DNA from: Catajapyx aquilonaris
Taxonomy: Eukaryota
NCBI GenBank assembly: GCA_000934665.2
Contig: JYFJ02000077.1
Location: 230,024-250,023 of the forward strand
Direction of reading: 5' to 3'
DNA length: 20,000 nt
The position numbers and the translations under genes are program-made. How positions within the stretch are numbered: the first letter of the stretch is position 1; each line of letters starts with the position of its first letter. Positions 1-11,166 of this stretch are shown here, in pieces. A model generated the notes under the pieces. It saw only the letters and a program-made list of their open reading frames with translations, did no database searches and was not told the DNA's origin.

Positions 1-1299
1 CTTTTGTAATGAGAAAAAAGGGGGTTCGATATTTCGACTTTCTGGGAGCAGCGTAACCCAGGTTAAGGGTTTTATAATGGGACTCAAAATGAAAAATGTG
101 CCTTTTCTTCATAAATTATTCGTGAAAGCACTTTAGGACTCATCTGAAACACCTGCAGATGGTCGTTAGGAATAAGCACAAAACACTTAACCACTACGAA
201 TTTACTTCAATCAACATCTGCCACTTCTAAAATTGGATAGTAATAATAGTCAGTACACTATAAAAACTCAGGCCACATTCGAAGGATATTCAGTCGCATT
301 TCTGAAGTTCAGTGGCACTGTTGTGATCGTTCAGACTGTGTATAATTATAGGGCACGTAATAGGCAAGATCAGAGGCAAGGCGGGTAAGAACCTATACAA
401 ATTACGTGCCTTACACATTGTCCTATATTTACACTTCATACCTTCCAACTTTCCACTCTCATGCCCGAGATCTTCTCGAGCAAATCCAAACCTATAGAAA
501 GCAAGCAGGCTGTGTAACATGGTAATTCATATTGGGCGAGGACCTTCTCCTCTCTCTCTTTATAAGGTTCGGACCTCGCTAGTTATGGATGAATATTACG
601 TCCGAGCTACGTCGTCCAGCCAACCGATGCTGCTGGAGAGGCCTTACCTTTTCGCTGTGGGGGAATCAGGTGAGGGAGGGTATTTATGGGTTGCCTGGGT
701 AACCGTTGATAGAATGGAGAGAGTGTAGGGGGTGGGGGGAGAGCCTTTCTGTCCCCGTCGGTGTGACATTCAGGATTCATACGCGGCTGTCGAAACATCT
801 GCACCGCTAATTTAAACTTGAGATGTGCCTTCTGATTAGGGTCGAGTCGGATAAAGGGCGTCAAAAAAAATGTATGACGGTTGTAGGACGTCACGTTTTC
901 CAGGTGGAGGCGATGTGTAATCGGAGACGTGTTTTATGTCATTTGGTGTTCATTAGTGCTGTATGTGAAGTCCTCTTTTTTAACAATATTAGAGTGACGG
1001 CGCCTCATTATGGGGGCTAAATTTACTGAGGTTTGAATGTGGGAGTGGAGAGGCTGCGTGTGACAAATTAATTGTTGGTATGGAGTTATATGTCGCTCCC
1101 CCCACTGATTACAGGGTGATCCAAACACTGCAGCATGTGCTAGTCATTTTATTGATTAATTTTAAATAATTCTGATATTTAATTACATAATGTTGTAATC
1201 TTTTGTACAAACAATAATGAGTTGTGTGGTTTTATTTGCAAACTAAGCTGACCCTGATGGTACTGGCTTCCGAGCCATCCTGTGCGCATGTATGGCCTC

Positions 1300-1312
1300 G
1301 TTGTTGTTGTTG
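1300..1312 (+). repeat. (GTT)4 microsatellite
   Basis: gttgttgttgttg read directly. Confidence 0.7.
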
Positions 1313-3597
1313 TGCAGCTGGAACTTGCGGTGTCCTGGACTCCCATTAACATCTGCATTATAGGCAGGAAATTGGTTTGCTTTACCGATGGATTGCGAGT
1401 TATTAATATTTGATAACCTAGTTGGACCAGTCGGCAAAAGGTTATGAGAGAGTCAGCATGACTTGCACCGATACATGGATATAAATACTTGAAAGACAAT
1501 TACACAGTGCCACTATGGCAGTAACCCGAATATTAATTATTATTTCATTCTGTTTGCATTTCGGTTGCAATTATGCAACAAAACGCTCGGATGTGATATA
1601 TACAATAACATAATAATTATGTTACACATTTTGCTCTGGCAATACAATATATGCAACAACAAAATAATTAAATGTTCAATACTTTAAATTGCGATGTCAC
1701 ACTGCCGATGTAATGTAGGAATTTTAAAATCCACCATTGAAAAGAGAGATCTATAATATACCGTACTGCAAATGAACTCTTCTTGTGATCTTCCATGAAT
1801 TGACCTTTTTTTCGACTGACAAAAGACTTGAGCGAATATTTCAAGAACTCTCTGTAATCAAATCCGACGATTCATTTAGCACGCATAGAAAGCGAAGGAA
1901 GTCTAAAAAGGAACCCGGTGTATCTGAAGCAGAAAAAGAAACTGGAAGAGTGTGTTTACTTGCTGCACAGCTTTATGTCGCAGTTAACTTTTTTTTTGTA
2001 TTCGTCACGAGTCGAAGGTGTAGAGTAGAATAGCAAGTAGCGGATTGCAATGGATTTACCCAGCAGTGCTGCGAGAAATGGCGCCATCTTCCCTTTTTCT
2101 GGAAGACGAATGGCAATATCTTAACCAAGCCTGAGGTCAGAATTCCTAACGAACCATTGGCATTTGGGAGGAGTCGCAAAAGGTCCGGAATTGGTAACCA
2201 ACCCTCTTTCTCTCCTTCAAATAATGAAAAAAAAAAGCTGTCGAGGAATGACATTCCAACCGACCCCATATTGGATTCTTTGAAAGTATTAGCGCACTCA
2301 AATATTCATTACTAGTAGGTCGCCCTTTGCTGTCTAGATTGCATTTTTCACATATTGTAAATACCGAATTTATTTATAAGCAGACACTTGGTTAATTGCT
2401 CACACTGCCTTGTTACGCCAATATGCATACCTTCTATATTTTCTCCTTACCTTCCGGATTTAGAAGGTATTTTGCACAGAGAAGGTAATTTATAAGGTAA
2501 ATGGTTAAGACGGCACACAACACATTCGGTGTCCTGAAACCCGAGCAGTGACACGCCTTCTTTGGTGCTAACAACTTAATCAACCGCTCTGCATCTATAA
2601 GTAGGTTATATCCGGAGCTACAAAATGAGTTGCACTGTGATTTGATTACCTCAGGGATTGTTGGTCGGGGGAAGTGGGAAGTGGGCCCCTTTATTTCTCA
2701 GTCCTCCTTTAACTCGTTTGCAACTCATTTGATGTCCCAGAAAACTGGGGGAACTATATTACAATGTTCTTCACCTGAGGAAAAAAAAATATGGCGACCA
2801 ACATTCTAGTGGTAATCAATGCATTCGAGTAGGCTAATTTAATTTGGGCCACGGTAGCACGTGTGGAAATGGCGACTATCACAATGGGGAGTCTTGATCA
2901 CATGGCATGAATTCCTGATTTGTGACCCACGGATTGAGGTGATGGCCGGTTTAATTGGGATTAAGACCAGTAATATGTCTGAGGGTAGGGAAAATTAGGC
3001 TAATTTTAGTCCTGGGAGCAAGTTGGACGAGTTGAAGAGCATATGGCGTCTGTGAATGTATAATTTTGGCGGATTTTAAGCGCATGAGAGGGGAGAGCTC
3101 TCTCAAATAATATTTCAGCCTTGTTGCAATTCAAGGACTCTTTTCCATACCAGGCTTGATGTGCTGCAATGTTTCGAGCCGCACTTACAACTCATTAAGC
3201 GGAGGATACAGGTTCAAATAAAAGGACAAAATTGCGTGCTGTGTACCTGTATGTCCTAAAAATAGAATAGGGGGTCCGGTACTAATGATCTGCACCAAAA
3301 GGTCTATTATCACGTGAGTGGTGCGGCAACCCACGTAATGCTGATGGAATTTACAATAAAGATTGTAATGATGATAACTATAATTGAAATGTTTTAAAGG
3401 CTTACAAAATAATGTTTTCTATGCAGAGTTGAGTCTAATAATGGAATAGAGCAAGCCTGAGGGTGTTAGGATGATTTTTTAACTCCTCTGAATAATTGAG
3501 AGTTCAGGAATATTCCGAGAGAAAATCGAACCTCCCTACAGTGCCGTCGTCGGCTTCCGGCTTGTGTTATTATATTTTCATCTTCTATTGTGTGCAG

Positions 3598-3691
3598 GAG
3601 ATGGAAGCAGATTTCAAAATCTCCTTCTCATAACTTCATTAATTGGCATGGCTACAACCTTGACTTAAGGGGATTAAATCTACAGCACCCT
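3598..3691 (+). other. Candidate 94-nt internal exon (coding status unknown)
   Basis: A pyrimidine-rich tract ttatattttcatcttctattgtgtgCAG ends at 3597, and a donor CCT|GTAAGT starts at 3692. One frame is open throughout (RWKQISKSPSHNFINWHGYNLDLRGLNLQHP). No homology recognised. Confidence 0.3.
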
Positions 3692-3865
3692 GTAAGTCAT
3701 GTTAAAATGTTTTTCGGAATATTCTCGTCTGGTGGTATGCAACCGCAGACTGTTACAAGGAGAAATATTTATTAGTTTTTAATTTTAACATTAATAAAGA
3801 GTTAATGATGGCTGTTTAGCGTCAGGATACCATTCGAATATGTTAACATTCCTTTCTTGATTTAC

Positions 3866-3875
3866 ATCATAATGT
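3866..3875 (+). repeat. Target-site duplication of the SINE, left copy (ATCATAATGT)
   Basis: Identical 10-mer at 4198-4207; this copy abuts the poly(T) tail. Confidence 0.85.
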
Positions 3876-4197
3876 TTTTTTTGTACCCCGGGATTACCGG
3901 TTCTATAGGGGGTGGCACACCACCATCAGCTTTCTGGTGTAATTTTTCTTCGCTCTCCGGTGCAAGGAATCAAGGACATACTAGGGTAAAGATAGGAATT
4001 TTTGGTGAGGGGACACAGGTGAAGGTGCAATGTCGTTGTGTCGGGCCATGTGCAGTCCCCCAGGAGGTAAGGTTGCCAGACACCTCCAAGGTGCAGGTCA
4101 GAGACCCTCCTGACGCAGGTGAAAGGGAACTCCCTGGCAAGGATCGAACCTGGGACCTTTCACTCAGCAAGCCGAGACGTTTCCATCTCGTCCTCAT
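3876..4197 (-). mobile_element. tRNA-derived SINE, apparently near full length, with short A-tail and 10-bp TSD
   Basis: The minus strand reads ATGAGGACGAGATGGAAACGTCTCGGCTTGCTGAGTGAAAGGTCCCAGGTTCGATCCTTG. This has a D-arm-like stem GACG..CGTC around an A-box-like motif and a perfect Pol III B-box GGTTCGATCC (4141-4150). The body is GC-richer than the flanks. The 3' end is ...GGGGTAC followed by an A7-8 tail (T run 3875-3882). The direct repeat ATCATAATGT flanks it at 3866-3875 and 4198-4207. Confidence 0.85.
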
Positions 4198-4207
4198 ATC
4201 ATAATGT
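4198..4207 (+). repeat. Target-site duplication of the SINE, right copy (ATCATAATGT)
   Basis: Identical 10-mer at 3866-3875; this copy abuts the tRNA-like head. Confidence 0.85.
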
Positions 4208-6020
4208 GTCATCGAGAGGACAAAAACTTGACAATGTTTTCAGTAATGATGTAATCTGCCTGTCGCTATTTGCCTTGAACATATCCTGACTAATCATAGC
4301 TACCCATGCGACTTCCTTGTGTAAAGGTCAGTCTAATTTACAGGCTGAGGAGGTGACTAGCCGCGGCCTCTCAAAAATAAAAGATGAATATTGTATCATA
4401 CTGTACTGCGCTTTAGGTGCAGGTAATAAACTAGACAACTGGATTCGTCCTAAGTGTCCCGTGAAAAAATCATGAGCCCTTATTTTCTATAATACAGTAT
4501 AGCTTCTATCGTCATCAATATATAATACAGCCATTTTTTCACTTAATATGTAAAGCACTTTGGTCTATTGTAATGCAAAATTACGTCATGACCAAGTTGT
4601 ACTGTACAGTACCTTGTAATCTGCGTATTAAAATTCCTCTCCCACATCATACTTCTAAAAGCCGCACCTTCTATTCACTATTATTAGAAGCTCGACTATA
4701 CGAAATGTGTAAGAAAATATCAGAAAAAAGTAATTCGAGTAGCTAGATGAAATTTCAGCCTGATCCCGGGCGTGAGATCTAAAGAGATGTAATTACGTGC
4801 GGTGAACGACTGCTTGCACCATCGATCGGGGGGACCTTGAGCCTGGCATTTTTTACTTGCTAAATAACTTCGTCTCCACCCGTAGGTGCGGGGGCCGGTG
4901 CTTCCTAAGGGGGTGTCAATGACACATAATGCAATTCGTCACTGCTAATCTGGGTTCATATCGCGTAAAGCACGAACCAGGATGGTCAACATGCTAATTG
5001 GCAAGGATTTTTTTAAATGGAATATATTATTTTTTTAGTCAGGAATGGTCACGTACTACACCGAAGTAAGCCATGTTTTTTTATCATTAATCTCGGCTGG
5101 CAGTCATCTTTTTAGAGGTCCAAGTTAACGTCGCATTCAACAGTGCGGCGTTACTATCATGTCTCCATATATAGTGCACATACAGACTTGTTAATTGGGA
5201 CATAAAATATTAACGATGTCAATATTGGTTTGGATCCGGAACTGAAGATCACAGCAATTTGTCTAATGGGGTTGTTTGCGGAAACATCAAAAAATAAATG
5301 GTAGTTTCAAAGCGGGTAAAATGGATTTGGGAATGTGATTCGGGGTGTCCCTGGAAAATTGAGCATCGATATGCGTGGATTTAAATAGTGATCATCCGTT
5401 TACATCTAGGCCACATATAGCCATTTGGCTGTAACTGGAAAAATTGGACTTCCGAAATCTCCATAATTCTTTTTTACGTCCGTGTTTTTTATGTCGACGT
5501 TTTTGTCCATTGTTTATCAGGGCTTCAGAAAAGGAGAACGGAATTTAGAAAGGTTGTCTAAATTTAAACTCGGTGACGTCAATTACGCTGTTAAAAATAT
5601 GGGCTTGAATGGCACGTACAAAGTTAGGCAGCCTATCTGAATTCCCTTTCTATAGGGACATACACGTAGTATGTTATGAATTGATCTCAATATAATCTAA
5701 CAAATTTTAATGCACTAAACCGCTGGCATCTATATCAATCACCTTATTTTGAAACACACTTGTGCAGCATTTTCGGATCATATGTCCCATCATCTGCAGG
5801 CTGCCCTGAAGCCACTCAGTCAATTATTATTCAGAGTTACTATAATCGAATCTGCCTTGTATAATAATGGAAGAAAGTGCATCGCTGAGGACAAATTGTT
5901 TTAAAGTAACAAGGTTACAAACGATTCGCATGAAGTAATTCGTGGTTTCCACGGACGAACACACTCTTGCAATTTGAAACTGACTAATAAATAGTGTCAA
6001 ACATTGGACCTTTTTTTTTG

Positions 6021-6553
6021 TTATTTTACGGCCCGTAGCCTGTAAAATCGGTTGGGCAACCACGCAATTCTGATTAACAGTTGAGCGAAAACCGCTGGGA
6101 TCAGCTTGACAGGTTGGAAATGTTTTGTGTCTGAAACTGGAGAGAGATGTTCCACAGCCTCGATGCTGGCTTGCTTTTATTCACTGGGGCTTGTTTCTTT
6201 TTCTTCTGCGAAAATAAAGAAAGTCCCTGCTCCAGTGGACAGCGTTACAGATACATACATAATTCAGGAGGGATGGCAGCTTGTTGCGAGTTTTTCAAAG
6301 TGCGGGAGAATTCGCCAACATTTTAACGGATCTGGTTGTTTCCTAGGAGTCGAGAATCAGGTGGGAGTGACCTCTTGTAGTTAGTGCGAATTTAAGTGTA
6401 ATTGGAGGAATGCCTTGGATACTTTGGAATATGGTCTTCTTCGATTTCGAGTAGGTCCAAATGCGATGCTTCTGTAAGATTGCGAAATTGGACGGAGCCT
6501 TATCGGTTAGGAAAGTATGCGCATGAAATTTTACTGAGGCTTTTGCAAGCCAT
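6021..6553 (-). pseudogene. Possible decayed coding segment containing a 53-nt GT-AG intron (6206-6258)
   Basis: On the minus strand there is an ATG at 6553, a donor GTATGT at 6258 and an acceptor ctttctttattttcgCAG ending at 6206. The spliced frame is interrupted only by TAA codons. No protein family recognised. Confidence 0.15.
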
Positions 6554-6589
6554 TAAATTCTTATGGTTTTAGAGAGGTTTTAGTAGCAT

Positions 6590-6676
6590 AAGTTGAGTGC
6601 CAGCCTGTCAGTCTGAGCTGATCTGATTTGACTCGAAGGAAAGATCTGATCTGATAGTTTGGCATGTTACTCACTT
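6590..6676. repeat. Degenerate inverted repeat with internal ATCTG-like units (old MITE-like or palindromic remnant)
   Basis: TGCCAGCCTGTCAG (6598-6611) pairs with CTGATAGTTTGGCA (6651-6664) at 11/14 positions. It extends outward, with a gap, to AAGTTGAG / CTCACTT. Confidence 0.3.
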
Positions 6677-7490
6677 GCCAGTTTTTTTTAGTAATGTTTG
6701 TTACTGTTTCAGTTTTGCACTATTAGTTAACATGCTGATTCCACGTCCCAAAATTGTCAGACAGACCGAAAGGTAAATAGTGTTTAGCCTGGTCTGCCGT
6801 CATCTAATGGCTATGTATACACAGCAGGCCGCCTATTCAAAAGCAACTTTATTATTTCGTGCAAAAATTACCGCTTCAGCAAAACGACTGCCCATTTGGA
6901 GTGCTCTCTACTCATTCACGCTGGATTGCGTTTATAAATATTTTTTTGTGCTGCAGTACTTTAGGCCTGTGGAGATCATTTAATCACAACAGGACAGCTT
7001 GCAGTTATTTCCGCTGTTATTTCGCAGAGGCCGGCCGTAAATCTTCATAATTGTCATAAATGGCTGCAACTACGGTCGTAATAAAGATGGCTTTCATTAG
7101 TTAAAGGCTCCAACTGGTGTATGTTGAAAGATTAAACAAACTACGGGGTGTGTGCTGAACTAACTTTTAGGGGGTAAACGAGGATATTTTTTATAACGTT
7201 ATTGCAAATGAGATGCAAGAGCATCACATGATTGTATAAGATACTGTACACCGTATGTTTGAGCTGTATATCAGACACTCCAAGGTAAATTGCTTTTTCA
7301 ATATACCGGTACCGTAATTCAGGCAATTTTTATGCCAAGCTATTAAGTAGGATAACTAATACGGCTGTTAGAGAGACTATGGTATTTTAAAAACAGCAAA
7401 AGTTATGGGTGGGTTCCGGACACAGTAGAGTACACAGCAGAGGTCTACCTGGTGAAATAGCCCCTGGAGACCATAACACCTGGACCGCTC

Positions 7491-7511
7491 CAACAACAAC
7501 AACAGCAGCAA
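7491..7511 (+). repeat. (CAA)4(CAG)2CAA trinucleotide repeat
   Basis: caacaacaacaacagcagcaa read directly. Confidence 0.75.
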
Positions 7512-9448
7512 CATGTTCTATACAGCCAAGTTATGAAGAGAAAACAACGGCATTATTTACAGTAATTAACTCATAAATGTCTTTGCACTCATGCAGAAAC
7601 CGGCAGAAACGTACTCACTGTCAGGTGTACTTTTGCGAGAGTCGTTGTGTTTTTGTAGAAATACGTACACCAGACGGTGCAAACTTCAGTAATTTTGGTC
7701 ATTTTTCTATAGAAGTTAGTTCATATGTCGTGTTGCGAGAAATTACTCACTTGCAATATACAGTAGGCCTATCACCCTGTGAATTGAGCGTAACAAAATA
7801 ATTCGAACGCTTTTCGTGCTGCTCTCATGAAACGCCATTGGCGAGATTTAAATTCCTGCGGGAAACCCCAAATGGGAAAAACAATTTGACACAATTTAGT
7901 CACCCGGCACGTTACAGTGGCCCTAAACAAATAAAGTTTGCACATTTTGGCCAAATTACTGGCTAAACCTCAGCGCACCGAGTAATGCTCGTTGCTCCGT
8001 TTCTAATTCCCCGCAGCAAAAACCTAGATCGATTCTAATAGTGTTGAATTTCTACTGTGTGACAGTCCACCTCTTGATCTGTTGAAATATTGATCGACAA
8101 GGGATGGGAAAAAAGGAGCGTAAAAGGGATGCTGGCACCTTGATCCGCCTGCGCATTGTTCTCTCTTATATCTATCCATCTATAGTTCCCACCTATATAT
8201 AATTTTTTTTTCAAGTCCCGCCTACATATAACTTGACAGAATAATTCCGGCGAAGGCTTGGCCGCAATTTCAGCAATTGCATCAGCGGCATGCAAACTAT
8301 TTTGTGGGCAACAGGGCGTGGGATGCGGTCGCTGAGGGAGGCCTGATTGCAACCTAATGGAATTTGGCCCTCCCCAGCAGCCGATCTAAAGACTCGCACT
8401 GTGCACCTTGCCCAAATTAGTGAGTCTTCCAGCCTTATCTGCGGGTGTAATTTGCCTCGTTTGGGATGTATTATACTCGCTGGCACTTGGGTTTCAGATA
8501 GTGCTGGTGGTTGCCGTTGGCGTAGGTGGAGGTGATGTCGAGGGGATTTTTTTAAATGTCTTTTTAAACTACTCTATTTGGCATATCATTTCTGCTCGAT
8601 AAATTTGTTATATTGAATAAAATAATTAATATGGTGGATGGAACGTAGATGAAAGAGGCGATACTCAAAGGGACTGAAATGGAGAAATCGTGTACAGTAC
8701 GCCAGCACAAAACTTTGTGAACGATAGTTTCTTGTGTGGGAAGAAGTTATATGAGTTCAATCAGTATTTGCATGGGTTTCCCTTCCAGCCTTAAAATTTA
8801 TTAGAAAAATGTTAATCAAGTGAGATAATTAAGAGGGTATCAAATTTTTTGTGTAAAAATTTGGACATGTGATTATACACATAATAGTGGCTACAGTATC
8901 ACTTACGTAGAATTAAGCACGTTGGAAAACCAGTGCTTAGGGCATTACCTAAAGAGCGAAATCACGTTCCTGAACAACCAGAATAGATGTTGTCCATCAT
9001 TTATTCATTGAACACAGGCACGAAAATGGGTCCTCTCAGCAGTGATGTGCGCATAAGAAGACTTCTCATTGGTTGGCTCAACAAAAGTTTTATCACTCCC
9101 GAACAGTTTGCAAGCAACCACATTACTTTCGGCTGCGCAATTCTAGACTCGCCTCGACAAAACGATACCACTGAATGCAATATAGATAGTACGGTCTGCC
9201 GCGCGCAGATGGGGCCCGTGTAGGACATTTTGCAACGGAAGCTTCGACTGTCGTCAGTGACAAAGAACAGCGTCGTTTGCACTAACTATACTAATTAATT
9301 CAGCCAACAGGCATGTCCAGAAAAGGTCAAAGTTTCGCCCAACAGCAATGCTCTTCGAAATGGGTACAATCCTACCTCCGAACCGGGAGTTCCTGAAACG
9401 ACGCCATTTTGAGACCAACAAAATGTCTTCTCTCGAACATTTCTAGGA

Positions 9449-9500
9449 CCCCCCCCCCTCTTTTTTCCTTTCTTCTTCTTCCCCTATCTCTCCTGCTTTC
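9449..9500 (+). repeat. C10 run followed by a polypyrimidine tract
   Basis: cccccccccctcttttttcctttcttcttcttcccctatctctcctgctttc; almost purine-free. Confidence 0.7.
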
Positions 9501-10579
9501 AAAGGCGTATTTGACCGCAAAGACCCTCGGGGCTTTCTCTTCAATTGCCTCGGAAAGACTAGAGACCCAATTGAGATCCAGCTTTTAGTCAGAAAACGAA
9601 GGGACTGAGAAAGGAGGCAGCAGCAGCAGACACGAGATGAGCTTAATTGCTTCCAGGAAGGATTCCAGGCAGGGATCAAACGGAATTTAGCCACCCTTTT
9701 TTTGGGAAACTGGTCGATATTTCGCACTTCTATTATTATCACTAGTTTGTTGGATATTGGACCTAAAAAAGAACCACGAAAATAGGACAATTTCCTGCTG
9801 GTTTGAAGGTTTGAATTTGGTTGACTCCACTAGCAATGTGGGAGAGTGCTACTGCTAAATATTAGCAATGACTTATGTCAGGGTGGAAATTCCGAAATAT
9901 TTCTGCGAAATTTTCCTAGTTAGTTCAAGAGTTTTGGAGGTCACTTGTATGTCGTGTCAAATGAGGCCTTTTCCTGCCATGCCTCAGTGGCTTGTGAGCA
10001 TGAACTGACTTGAGTCTCGTGCAAATAAAATTGTAGAGCGTGAAAGAGGAGGGCTTTCGAATTTTCAACTTGGTTCGCCAGGTGCCCTGCATTTAATCTC
10101 GATGGGCAAGTTGGTGGGGGTTTAGTTGGTCCCAGAGAAGGAATTGGACTAATCAAAGGCTTCTACCTCGACATTCGTTTGCCCCAGACTAGTTTGAGAG
10201 GACGAAATGGGCTCTCATTTGCCTAGACAGTTCCTATAGGAGAAGAAAATTGCCTGCCAAGAAAACCCTTTGCTATGCCAATCTGTGGGTTTTATTTCAT
10301 ACCAAGAGCAAGTTTGCCAGTTTACCTTTTCATAGCTGTTCTAGTGGTCTACAAATGTGTTTACAGAGAGGGGGATTGAAGAGAATTTTGTTGGCTCGTA
10401 TAGAAGACGCCTGCAGTTTTCGTGCCTTCCCACGCGGGCCATTTTTGAACCTCTTTGTCGGAATTAATTTTCGAGCCTGGTGGAAGTGTGATAATAAGTT
10501 TATATCTGATGTGGAATCCCACTTGTATGCATTTCTAATGATATTTTCTTTGTCTTGCTGCTTTTTAATTGGCTGATAG

Positions 10580-10597
10580 GTGATGACGTACGAGCTG
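10580..10597 (+). CDS. Candidate 18-nt frame-preserving microexon GTGATGACGTACGAGCTG (VMTYEL in phase 0, or x-DDVRA-x in phase 1)
   Basis: The acceptor TAG at 10577-10579 is preceded by a ~79-nt AG-free zone (10499-10577). That zone holds a branch-point-like CTAAT (10535-10539), a pyrimidine tract and TGCTGC. The donor is CTG|GTAAGT (10598-10603). The length is divisible by 3. TGCATG lies downstream at 10780-10785. Confidence 0.55.
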
Positions 10598-11100
10598 GTA
10601 AGTCCAAACTTTATAAACTGTGATTCTTCTGACACATATGGCCTTCTATTGTACTGTAGGTAGTAAGGTAGCGGTTGTTTTTAGAGGTGAAAACATACGT
10701 TTCTTTATGTTGTACAAGTAGCAAAGAAAACAGTCATCTTCCTGTAGTTAATATTAATACTATAGCAACCTGTCTTCTTTGCATGTTGCCCCATTCAATA
10801 CCTGGTTATAAATAATCCACCGTAAGTACCAAAACTTTTACGACACCGTCGAATTGCCATTCCCAAAGCGACTTTGCTGAACCCTCACAATTTGTCCCCA
10901 AACTGAAACACTTCGTGAAACTTATCCGCGACGCCCACACTCCCTAACTATAAATTATGTAAGGGCATGAAAATGTCTTGTATGATTTTGAGGTCGGATT
11001 CCCTTATCCATTGAAGCAAATGATCCATGAGGCTCGATCCAGTATTGCAATCAATCAAAGGTTCGGGAGGCAAGGGGATCGTGCAGAAGGCGAGTCTCTT

Positions 11101-11166
11101 GGGGTAAGGTGGAGGAGAGCCAGTGGGGAGGAGGAAGCGGGGGGGGGGGGAAGTAGGGTATGGAGG
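11101..11166 (+). other. Purine/G-rich tract with G12 run; potential G-quadruplex
   Basis: Runs of GGGG, GGGG, G12 (11139-11150) and GGG within ~60 nt. Confidence 0.45.

Noticed and set aside
1785..2033. Lys/Arg-rich ORF with NLS-like RKRRKSKK
   Set aside because: No convincing splice acceptor/donor pair or homology; purine-rich composition explains the peptide.
4130..4200. Functional tRNA gene
   Set aside because: The B-box and D-stem are present, but the acceptor and anticodon stems do not pair properly. It is also embedded in a TSD-flanked element with an A-tail, so it is a SINE head.
3857..4212. ORFs 3857-4204 (+) and 3970-4212 (-)
   Set aside because: They coincide with the GC-richer SINE and are a compositional by-product.
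7441..7566. Poly-Gln-like coding exon around the CAA/CAG repeat
   Set aside because: Frames close quickly with stops and there is no good acceptor/donor pair; treated as a microsatellite.
6944..8712. Distant 15/17 inverted match (TTTTGTGCTGCAGTACT vs AGTACGCCAGCACAAAA) as transposon TIRs
   Set aside because: The Tc1-like TA-CAGT ends are oriented the wrong way to bracket the intervening DNA, there is no TSD or transposase remnant between them, and the match is short enough to be chance.
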